The notes under the pieces: model-generated
What the model was told of the DNA's origin: nothing
What the model saw: the letters and a program-made list of their open reading frames with translations, nothing else
Database searches by the model: none
NCBI GenBank assembly: GCA_052390235.1
Contig: JBQTHB010000002.1
Span: 509,722 to 573,721 of the forward strand
Direction: 5' to 3'
Origin: Deltaproteobacteria bacterium
Lineage (GTDB): Bacteria; Desulfobacterota_D; UBA1144; Nemesobacterales; CSP1-2
DNA length: 64,000 bases
In this document: positions 30,001 through 37,892 of the stretch, piece after piece
Position numbering within the stretch: position 1 is the stretch's first letter
Layout: every line of letters begins with the position of its first letter
Position numbers and translations under genes: made by a program

Positions 30001-30813
30001 ATGATAATAGTTATGAAAGATAGCGCTGCGGAAAGCAAAATAGAGCTTGCCCTCAGGAAAGCCCTAGCCGAGAATAAAGCCAAGCAAATTGATAATCTGC
30101 ACGAGAGAAAATTTTCTAAAAAATGCATCTTAAAACCCAACTCTAAGCTCTTCATGCTTAACAATGCACAATCTCAGGCGGCCGAAGAGGTTAGAAAACT
30201 AGCCGCCACTTTATTTGAAAAACTCCCACTGCCGCATAAAAACTCAGTCTTAATTACAAGCCCCGTTAAAGGCGATGGAAAAACCGTTATCTCGACGAAT
30301 CTATCGGTCGCTATTGCGCAGCACTACGCCGAACACGCCCTCTTGGTTGAGCTTGACTTGCGAAATATGGGATTTCAGGACGTATTCGAGTTCCCTCAGG
30401 AGGCTAAGGGGCTATCCCACTACCTTCAGGGCGAAACCCCGAATGCGTCGGATATTTTTTACTCCCTCTCCGAGATGCCGAAGCTCTCTATTCTGCCCGC
30501 GATTAAAAAAACCAGGAAATCTGCCGAAGCGATTCACTCCCCTCGAATGCTCGACTTGTTTGGCGAAATAAAGAGCCGGTATTCGGATCGCTACATAATT
30601 ATTGATTCGTCGCCGGTTTTATATACGACTGACCCGAGGTTTCTATCCTCGCTGGTGGATGCGGTTATCCTGGTGATAGACCTTGAGAGGACTCCGAAGC
30701 AGGCAATAGAAGATACGATAGCGACTCTCGACGAGAGCAAAATTTTCGGCATTATTTTAAATAAAGTAACTGATAAGTCCGTTGGTATTGCAGGCGATTA
30801 CTACTACTATTAG
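30001..30813 (+). CDS. BY-kinase (CpsD/CapB-type tyrosine autokinase)
   Basis: SPVKGDGKT, IIIDSSP, C-terminal YYYY. Confidence 0.9.
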   Translation: MIIVMKDSAAESKIELALRKALAENKAKQIDNLHERKFSKKCILKPNSKLFMLNNAQSQAAEEVRKLAATLFEKLPLPHKNSVLITSPVKGDGKTVISTNLSVAIAQHYAEHALLVELDLRNMGFQDVFEFPQEAKGLSHYLQGETPNASDIFYSLSEMPKLSILPAIKKTRKSAEAIHSPRMLDLFGEIKSRYSDRYIIIDSSPVLYTTDPRFLSSLVDAVILVIDLERTPKQAIEDTIATLDESKIFGIILNKVTDKSVGIAGDYYYY

Positions 30814-30867
30814 CCCTGCTGGCAGGGATTTGGGTTCTAAATCTATCGGATATTTGTAAATCATCCA

Positions 30868-31788
30868 ATGAGCACAGAGCGCGATAAAGGGGTTTTGCCA
30901 GAGGATTTGTCCCGCGTTGGTTCGGAGGGAGGCGCCGTGTTGGCTTCTCGGGAGGAGTACGCCGGTGCGCGGGAATGGTTTTTGCTCGTGGTTGCCGCTA
31001 TTGCATTTTTGGGCGTTTTTACTCCGACTATGCTATGGCTATACGAGAGGTGGTCGCTGGGGATATGGTATCACTCCCATGGGTTTTTGATACCTCCGGT
31101 GAGCGTGTATTTTGCTTGGCAGATAATTAAAAATTTCCCTAAGGACGAGAAGTCCAGTCCATCGCCGATTGGTTTTTTCTTTCTTATTCCAGCTATCGTG
31201 GCTCATGTTGCCGATACCGCCCTGCAGAGCTATATGCTCTCGTCAATTGCGCTCATCTTTGCGATAATAGGACTGGCGCTTCTGCTGCTCGGGGTGAACC
31301 GAACCAAAGCGCTGTGGTTTCCCATTGTTTTTCTCTTTTTTATGTTGCCCGTGCCGCTTGTGGCAACCGAGGAATTCCGAAATGCGCTGCGACTTATAAC
31401 CGCAATAGCTAATGAAAACATAATGGGACTGGTAGGAGAGCCGGTTTATAGGGAGGGGACGCTCCTCTACACATCCGAGGGGCCTGTGCAAATTGCAGAT
31501 GCCTGTAGCGGCTTTTCGACCCTCCTGGGGATGATTACTATAAGCTCGATTTATGCCTATACCTCGGCGTCGGGGCTTAGAGAGGGGCTGATACTGGTGC
31601 TGATTTCAATTCCTATATCCGTTATTGCCAACATTATAAGAGTATTCATAATAATTGAGCTGTGCATTTATCTCGGCTTTGGGATTCTCGACACCACAGC
31701 GCATCCAGCCTCAGGCGTCTTTGCGTTTGTCCTCGGCATAATATTTCTCACCGTGTTTCACCGTGTTGCCTATAGAGACAAAGGTTAA
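30868..31788 (+). CDS. Exosortase (EpsH family)
   Basis: SHGFLIP, multi-TM, catalytic triad motifs ADACSG, ANIIR, AH. Confidence 0.93.
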   Translation: MSTERDKGVLPEDLSRVGSEGGAVLASREEYAGAREWFLLVVAAIAFLGVFTPTMLWLYERWSLGIWYHSHGFLIPPVSVYFAWQIIKNFPKDEKSSPSPIGFFFLIPAIVAHVADTALQSYMLSSIALIFAIIGLALLLLGVNRTKALWFPIVFLFFMLPVPLVATEEFRNALRLITAIANENIMGLVGEPVYREGTLLYTSEGPVQIADACSGFSTLLGMITISSIYAYTSASGLREGLILVLISIPISVIANIIRVFIIIELCIYLGFGILDTTAHPASGVFAFVLGIIFLTVFHRVAYRDKG

Positions 31789-31795
31789 CTCTGCT

Positions 31796-32485
31796 ATGAT
31801 ATTCTCCGTACGCTATTTAAAAGCTGCATCAATAGTATTAATTCTCGCTTTTATTCCCACGTATTTTAACTTCTATCACGCCCGCCCTGCGCTGACCGAC
31901 GCGAAAGTGAAATTGATTTCTCTGGACTCCGCGCGGTTTTCGGACGCCAAAGTTCCCCCCCGCCGGGGCGATAAATGGGCTGAAAAACGCTTCAGCACTG
32001 GCGACTGGGTTGAGCGCACCTACATAGACGCCGAAAATAACCAATCCGTGAGGCTTTTTGCCGCCCGCTCCTACGTAACTAAGCCGCTTTTTTATCTCCC
32101 CAATACGACTCTCCTAGGCTCTGCTTGGCACAGCCGTGCGGTTAGCTCCGGCGCTCAAGCGGCGGAATTTGGCTCTCTGCCGGTTACAGAGGTCGTAATG
32201 AGGGGTGTTGGAGAGTACAGGGTTGCCGTTTACGCTCTCTTTTACGGGAGCAGGCTGGTTAAAAATCCTTATTTATTTTATCTCTCGATAATACCGGAGC
32301 TTCTCGTCGGAAAGCGCGAACCTATGACTCTCATCTTTGTTGACTCGGCTGTTGCCGAGGGGGGGGACGAATCCCTGCCAGAGGTTTCGGCGCGAGGGGC
32401 GCTGCGCATGGCGGCGGAGTCGTTCATCCGAAATGAGAAGGGGGGAGGCGCGCAGGTCCAACCGCGAGCCTCGAATAAACACTGA
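31796..32485 (+). CDS. EpsI-like exosortase-associated periplasmic protein
   Basis: Single N-terminal TM, RTY...V.LF pattern, immediately after exosortase; start at ATG 31796 preferred. Confidence 0.6.
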   Translation: MIFSVRYLKAASIVLILAFIPTYFNFYHARPALTDAKVKLISLDSARFSDAKVPPRRGDKWAEKRFSTGDWVERTYIDAENNQSVRLFAARSYVTKPLFYLPNTTLLGSAWHSRAVSSGAQAAEFGSLPVTEVVMRGVGEYRVAVYALFYGSRLVKNPYLFYLSIIPELLVGKREPMTLIFVDSAVAEGGDESLPEVSARGALRMAAESFIRNEKGGGAQVQPRASNKH

Positions 32486-32507
32486 GAGAGCTGTGCCGTA
32501 TTAAAAA

Positions 32508-34568
32508 ATGGGGGTAATCTGCTTGCCTGCGAGTTTAATTCGATTCCTAAGGCTTCAGGAGCTTTGGTTTAGCGCTGTTCTCGTTTCGACCCTAGCTATT
32601 CAGATTGCTGACTCTGCGCTCCTGCAACTTAAATTTGCCTATTTCAATTTCGGCAGCGAGGCTTTCAGGTCTATGCCGGCGGTTTATTCCTGGATTTCAT
32701 ATCTCGCCCTGTCAACGGCAAGCGATATATTTTTCACCTCGGCTCTTGTCTCAACCGTTTTCTTTGCCCTGCGTCCGCTGATGAACCCCTCATCTGTCGC
32801 GTTTTTGGCGCTGATTATCCCGATTTCTATCGGATGGGTATTTGCGGCGATACAGTACAAGATTTTCTCCTATTTCAGGGATTCGTTTGACTTTTATCTG
32901 CTTCGTTCGCTGGGCGGGGGCAGGCTGGGGGATTCACTCAAGTATCTATCGCCAGAGATAGTGACTTTTGGAGCGCCGCTATTACTCATCTCGGCGCTTC
33001 TCTTGCTAATATTTCGGATACTGAGGCGATACCCGAACTGGGCTTTTCCATCCCCTGAGATTGGGCGGCGGCGATTTCTCATTATCACCTTTTCCTGTTT
33101 CGCGCTCTCTGTAACAGGCGCTCTCGCCTCAAAAAACCTGCCCGAAATTCAATTTGGCTTGAGTAAAAAGCTCTCCTTCATAGTATTCGGCGGGATTATA
33201 GATAAAATCACGGACTTTGACTCCGATGGCTATGGAATCATGTCCGCCCCGCCTGACCCGGATCTGCTCAATCCCCAAATTCACCCGTTCGCCCTCGACA
33301 CCCCTTCAAACGGCGTGGACGAGAACGGCGTAGCCGGAGACCTTCCAATGAGATTTGTAGATGAGCTAAAAAAATCCGTAGCCCCGTCCCCCGCAGAGAT
33401 TTATAAAAAACGGACTGTCGTACTCATCGTCCTCGAAACTTTCCGATGGGACGTTTTGGGAAGCAAATTAGGCGGCATCGAGATAACGCCGAACCTCAAC
33501 AGACTCGCCAAAGAGGGGTTATCAATTCCCCTTGCCTACTCTCAAAGCCCGGTAACCGAAAACACTCTCAGAAATATCTATCTCGGCACGCCGTGCGCTG
33601 GGCTTACCGAAACCTCAATCTTTGATGATTTCGCCCGGCTCGGCTATGAAACCGCTATATTTTCCGGCTCCGACGAGTCTTACGGCGGGGTGGACAGAAG
33701 CGTAGGGCTTGAGCGCGCCGATAAATTCTATGACGCGAGGCTTGAGCCGGAGCATCGAATGTACCCCGGCAACCTCCCGATGAGCCGTATGATTGGGGCT
33801 AAACATCTCAATAAGCGGATATTTGAATTCCTTGGCGAAAGGGACCGTTCACGCCCACTGTTTCTATACGTGAACTTTCAGGACGCCCACTTCCCCTATA
33901 GCTATCCAGGGCTGGACAATATCCTCAACATCTCCCCTGTAGCGCGGCGTAAAATGAGCAAGGACAACGCCCCTAGGGTCAGGGAAACATATCTGAACGC
34001 CATCACGTTTACGGACAGAGAGCTTGGAAATTTCATTGAGCGTCTAAAGGGCATGGGAAATTACGAGGACACGGTGATTTTAATAACCGGAGACCACGGC
34101 GAGGATCTATTTGAAGAGGGCTATTTGGGACACGGCACATGGCTTAGCGATATTCAGACGCACGTTCCTTTTATCCTCATAAACGGCGGAATTGACGTTC
34201 GCTATCCCGTGGGGCATCAGGAAATTCGCTGGATTTTGCACCGCGCCCTAGAAAATCCCGACGGCGGCTACAGGGGGCAGGCTATTGCCGATGAGAATAA
34301 GCGCGTGTTTCAGTATCTGGGATTTATGCGAAGGCCCAATCAAATTGCGCTTGCCTCATCCAAGGGGCGGATACTCTACGATTTTCGCCGCAATAGAATC
34401 CTGACCTCGGATGATAAATGGAGCGCGTTTGACGCCGAGTCTCTAGACGCCGAAACCTATAGAGAAGCGGCGGAGCTTATACACACGTGGGAAGCCTGCC
34501 AGATTTATTCATCCCCGAAGTCCGCTCCCGCCGGTTCTGATGCGAATGCGGACTTAGCCGTTAATTAG
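32508..34568 (+). CDS. Membrane-anchored alkaline-phosphatase-superfamily enzyme (LtaS/sulfatase-like)
   Basis: About five TMs, LIVLETFR, SPVT, DAHFPY, GDHGE, GHG; no CxPxR. Confidence 0.8.
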   Translation: MGVICLPASLIRFLRLQELWFSAVLVSTLAIQIADSALLQLKFAYFNFGSEAFRSMPAVYSWISYLALSTASDIFFTSALVSTVFFALRPLMNPSSVAFLALIIPISIGWVFAAIQYKIFSYFRDSFDFYLLRSLGGGRLGDSLKYLSPEIVTFGAPLLLISALLLLIFRILRRYPNWAFPSPEIGRRRFLIITFSCFALSVTGALASKNLPEIQFGLSKKLSFIVFGGIIDKITDFDSDGYGIMSAPPDPDLLNPQIHPFALDTPSNGVDENGVAGDLPMRFVDELKKSVAPSPAEIYKKRTVVLIVLETFRWDVLGSKLGGIEITPNLNRLAKEGLSIPLAYSQSPVTENTLRNIYLGTPCAGLTETSIFDDFARLGYETAIFSGSDESYGGVDRSVGLERADKFYDARLEPEHRMYPGNLPMSRMIGAKHLNKRIFEFLGERDRSRPLFLYVNFQDAHFPYSYPGLDNILNISPVARRKMSKDNAPRVRETYLNAITFTDRELGNFIERLKGMGNYEDTVILITGDHGEDLFEEGYLGHGTWLSDIQTHVPFILINGGIDVRYPVGHQEIRWILHRALENPDGGYRGQAIADENKRVFQYLGFMRRPNQIALASSKGRILYDFRRNRILTSDDKWSAFDAESLDAETYREAAELIHTWEACQIYSSPKSAPAGSDANADLAVN

Positions 34569-34678
34569 CTCCCAATTTAGACTCTAACCGCGGGCATCTG
34601 CTTAATCCCCGTTTTGAGGCTGCCGAGGGATGAGGGCGGCGGCATTTCATCTTTCCCACCCCGACTTATGTTAAATGA

Positions 34679-34799
34679 GTGTCTAATTTTTTAGACAAAG
34701 TGTCTAATTTTTTAGACACTTCACTATTTTCAATCATTACGGCAGGTTAGAGCGCGTTTTGCCTCTTTTTATAAAAAAAGTGTCTAATATTTTAGACAC
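34679..34799. promoter_or_regulatory. Three palindromic enhancer-like boxes GTGTCTAA-N4-TTAGACA(C/A); candidate PrsR sites
   Basis: Copies at 34679-34698, 34700-34719 and 34780-34799, upstream of a sigma54 promoter. Confidence 0.8.
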
Positions 34800-34831
34800 T
34801 TTTAAAAACCCCTAAAATAAATATCTAATAA

Positions 34832-34844
34832 TATCAGGCAGTTA
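34832..34844 (+). promoter_or_regulatory. Putative IHF site
   Basis: TATCAGGCAGTTA matches WATCAR-N4-TTR with an AT tract upstream; lies between the boxes and the -24 element. Confidence 0.6.
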
Positions 34845-34849
34845 CATTT

Positions 34850-34864
34850 TGGCACGTATATTGC
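34850..34864 (+). promoter_or_regulatory. sigma54 (RpoN) -24/-12 promoter
   Basis: TGGCAC-GTATA-TTGC, exact consensus spacing. Confidence 0.9.
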
Positions 34865-34904
34865 CTATATATCTACTAAATATCTACATATGGAGGTAAG
34901 TAAA

Positions 34905-35561
34905 ATGAGATCATTTAAAGGTTTCATCACAGTTTTAGCAGTAGCATTAATTGCGGTTGTAGGGTTTTCAGCAAGCGACGCACACGCCCTTGCCAGCGTC
35001 AACTTTGACGAGAATGGCGTAGTGGTTGTTCCGTCTGTTGCGAACATCCAGAACGACGGCGTAAATGCCACCGGCTCTGGTATTCCTATAGACCAGATTG
35101 TCGTATCCGGCGCGCCTGCAAATAACGGGAGCTTCGATGTTACAGGAGCTTTAATTACTAACGATCCTGACGATGGCACATCCGGCGAACTGGTGTTTGA
35201 TTCAGTGGCTGGAACGCTCAGCATCACGGGCGGTATTCCCGCTCTCGGAATTCCTAACGGCACGGTTCTCCTAAGCGCCGTGGGTTCTACTTTCGTAGTT
35301 CAGGTTGTAGGCGGGGTTCTCAGTATTGTGGTCGGCTCTGGTCCTGATACTAAAGATCCGGGGCTTCTTGCCGCGCTTGGTCTCACGGGCGCATCCTTTG
35401 CTTATGGCGGAAGCATTATCGGCACCGGCTCTCAGGGGCAATTCATCGCTCAGACGACGGATGTTGTTAACGCCCAGCTTCCCGAGCCGGCGACGCTTCT
35501 TCTGCTTGGTTCAGGGCTCGCGGCTATGGGTCTTTTCGGCGTGAGAAGGAGAAATTCTTAA
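34905..35561 (+). CDS. PEP-CTERM surface protein 1
   Basis: SD GGAGGT, signal peptide, C-terminal LPEPATLLLLGSGLAAMGLFGVRRRNS. Confidence 0.93.
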   Translation: MRSFKGFITVLAVALIAVVGFSASDAHALASVNFDENGVVVVPSVANIQNDGVNATGSGIPIDQIVVSGAPANNGSFDVTGALITNDPDDGTSGELVFDSVAGTLSITGGIPALGIPNGTVLLSAVGSTFVVQVVGGVLSIVVGSGPDTKDPGLLAALGLTGASFAYGGSIIGTGSQGQFIAQTTDVVNAQLPEPATLLLLGSGLAAMGLFGVRRRNS

Positions 35562-35583
35562 GAAATAGGTTTTTTGATAGGGG

Positions 35584-35624
35584 GGGCGGCTCGGAGCTGC
35601 AATCAGTTTCGAGCCGTCCATTTT
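35584..35624 (+). terminator. Strong stem-loop after PEP-CTERM gene 1 (terminator or mRNA stabiliser)
   Basis: GGGCGGCTCGGAGCTG-CAAT-CAGTTTCGAGCCGTCC followed by ATTTT. Confidence 0.6.
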
Positions 35625-35662
35625 ACTCATAGGCGTTAAATACCAAAATGGGGGGTAGTAAA

Positions 35663-36454
35663 ATGGCGGTTAAAAAGCTATTAGCGTTCTGTGTGTTTAC
35701 CCTCGCGATAGCCTCTTCTGCCGCAATAGCCGCGCCGATTACCTTTACGGGTAATGAAGTGGGCGCTGGCAACGACGGGGAGACCCTATCGGCGACAGCT
35801 ACTTTTGACAACGTCGGCGGGAATTTAGTCATCACTCTCACCAACACTGGGACTTATGACACGAACAATCCGGCAGATATTTTGACGGCTGTGTTCTTCA
35901 CCCTATCCGGCGACCCGACTTTGACTCCGATTTCGGTCATGGTTGCGGCGGGAAGCACGGCGTTTTTTGAACCTGCTCCCTCTGGGGGCAACGTAGGCGG
36001 GGAGTGGGCTTACGCCAATGGAATAGGTGGACCGGGAGGCGCTGACGAGGGCGTCTCAAGCGTAGGGCTTGGGCTTTTTGGACCGATGGATTTATTTCCG
36101 CCGGGGACAAACCTTCAAGGACCCGCTTCTCCCAACGGATTGCAGTACGGAATTACCTCTGCCGGGGACAACCTGGCAACAGGCAATACCCCTGTAACCG
36201 GCACAAACGCGCTTGTTCAGAACTCAGTTGTGATAACGCTGTCGGGGCTTCCTCTGGGATTTGACCCTTCGGCGACTGGGGCTATTACAAGCGTGAGTTT
36301 CCAGTACGGCACGAGCCTATCCGAGCCTAGAATTCCCGGGAACCCGCCGAATGGTCCGCCAGATCCGCCAAACAATGCGCCAGAGCCGGCGACGCTTCTG
36401 CTGCTCGGTTCAGGGCTTGCGGCTATGGGGTTGCTGAGAAGGAAAAGAGAGTAA
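35663..36454 (+). CDS. PEP-CTERM surface protein 2 (resembles XDD4 exosortase-dependent family)
   Basis: Signal peptide; VGGEWAY, NLQGP, YGITS, FQYGT motifs (family name from recall); APEPATLLLLGSGLAAMGLLRRKRE. Confidence 0.92.
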   Translation: MAVKKLLAFCVFTLAIASSAAIAAPITFTGNEVGAGNDGETLSATATFDNVGGNLVITLTNTGTYDTNNPADILTAVFFTLSGDPTLTPISVMVAAGSTAFFEPAPSGGNVGGEWAYANGIGGPGGADEGVSSVGLGLFGPMDLFPPGTNLQGPASPNGLQYGITSAGDNLATGNTPVTGTNALVQNSVVITLSGLPLGFDPSATGAITSVSFQYGTSLSEPRIPGNPPNGPPDPPNNAPEPATLLLLGSGLAAMGLLRRKRE

Positions 36455-36469
36455 GCTGAGAATCCGCGC

Positions 36470-36499
36470 AGGGGGAGGAGGCAACCCCTCCTTCCCCTT
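36470..36499 (+). terminator. Stem-loop after PEP-CTERM gene 2
   Basis: AGGGGGAGGAGG-CAACC-CCTCCTTCCCCT with only a weak U tract. Confidence 0.5.
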
Positions 36500-36592
36500 G
36501 GGTTTAGACGGGAAGTCTATTTGATTGATTCTTTGTATCGCGATTTAACGCTTAATTTATTTATATTAAATACTCTACTTGGAGGTGTTGTT

Positions 36593-37768
36593 ATGAGAAG
36601 TAAGCTAAAGTCTCTTATATTTGCTGTTGCTTTTGGAATTGTATCGTTAGGCGTAGCCGCTATGCCTGCTAAAGCTCAGGTTTTATCAGGCGGCGCTTCG
36701 GCTTTCGGCTTGTCGGTTTCTCTAGCCGGGCTTTTGTCCCTTAGCGTTCCGGCAACCCCGAACGTTTCCGTGAGCTCCCCTCCTGCCGCTTCAAACACGG
36801 CGACACTGCTTAGCTTGACCGTTGCTAACCCCTTGGGGGCGCTGTTCGGCAATTTGGTTACAACTGGGGTACTAGTAGTTAACGCCGCGTCAGACATTGA
36901 CGGCACGCCGGGGAGTAAAATTGCCGCTTCCGACGCTACGGTTGACGATTTGGGCGTAAGCGTTGATGTGGACGCTATTCTCCCCCCGCTGTTGACTATC
37001 GGCGCGGGAACTGTCATCTCGACTGCTGAGGTTACCGGAAGCTGCGCCACTGGGCTTGTAGCGGCCGGTTCTACCACAATTGAAGATGCAGTTGTTGGCG
37101 GAACGCTGGGATTAGGTATTACAATAAATGCCGCACCCGCTCCGAACACCATAATTGACCTCGGTGTTATAGTAATCAGGCTCAACGAGCAGGTTGTTAC
37201 AGGAAACGGCACAACATCGAGAGGGATAGTCGTCAACGCTATCCGCATTAGTCTGAACGTCCCGCTGGTTACAAGCGGCGATATTATAATAGCTCAGTCG
37301 AGAGCGAATATGGACTGCACGCCTGCTACACCGACACCTACTCCTACACCTACTCCTACACCTACTCCTACACCGACTCCTACACCTACTCCTACTCCTG
37401 TGCCAGTCAACGCCGACCTTTCCATAACCAAAACGGATTCCCCTGACCCCGTTGCAGTTGGACAGAATCTGAATTACGCGATAAAGGTTACGAATAATGG
37501 CCCGGCAACGGCTACGAATGTTAAAGTAACCGATACGCCTTTTGATGGAGTAACCATTATTTCTGCGGTAACTTCTCAGGGAACCTGCAAAATCAACGCG
37601 AAAAACGTCGTATGCACAATCGGCACTCTTGCCAATGGCGCTATGGCAAATATTGATATAGTTGTTCAGGTGAATGCTGTTACCAACACCGTTAAGGTAA
37701 GGGCTACTCAGAATGACCCGGTTAATGGCAATAACACCGCTACGGCTACTACGACTCTTATCCCGTAA
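36593..37768 (+). CDS. Secreted protein: choice-of-anchor P-like domain, (TP)12 linker, DUF11 domain
   Basis: SD GGAGGTG, signal peptide, IRLNEQ...VNAIRI...DIIIAQS, TP repeats, ADLSITKTDSPDPV...VTNNGP. Confidence 0.85.
   Translation: MRSKLKSLIFAVAFGIVSLGVAAMPAKAQVLSGGASAFGLSVSLAGLLSLSVPATPNVSVSSPPAASNTATLLSLTVANPLGALFGNLVTTGVLVVNAASDIDGTPGSKIAASDATVDDLGVSVDVDAILPPLLTIGAGTVISTAEVTGSCATGLVAAGSTTIEDAVVGGTLGLGITINAAPAPNTIIDLGVIVIRLNEQVVTGNGTTSRGIVVNAIRISLNVPLVTSGDIIIAQSRANMDCTPATPTPTPTPTPTPTPTPTPTPTPTPVPVNADLSITKTDSPDPVAVGQNLNYAIKVTNNGPATATNVKVTDTPFDGVTIISAVTSQGTCKINAKNVVCTIGTLANGAMANIDIVVQVNAVTNTVKVRATQNDPVNGNNTATATTTLIP
37328..37399 (+). repeat. Degenerate 6-bp tandem repeat encoding (Thr-Pro)12
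   Basis: AC[AT]CC[TG] x12. Confidence 0.95.
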
Positions 37769-37817
37769 ATAATGGGGTTTTAACAGATGCGTTTGTAGTC
37801 TAGGCTAGAGAATATAA

Positions 37818-37845
37818 GGGGTGGGCTAGATGCCTGCCCCTTTTT
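37818..37845 (+). terminator. Rho-independent terminator closing the secreted-protein cassette
   Basis: GGGGTGGGC-TAGAT-GCCTGCCCC-TTTTT. Confidence 0.75.
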
Positions 37846-37892
37846 GTTAATACTGTTTCATTTTATTCAAATCCGCTCTACAATTTACCATT

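Noticed and set aside
32508..34568. Calling this a classical arylsulfatase
   Set aside because: It has no C/SxPxR formylglycine motif; Thr occupies the nucleophile position
34679..34799. Repeated 20-bp palindromes as a CRISPR array or transposon ends
   Set aside because: Only three copies, with gaps of 1 and 60 nt, and no cas or transposase genes; the position before a sigma54 promoter explains them
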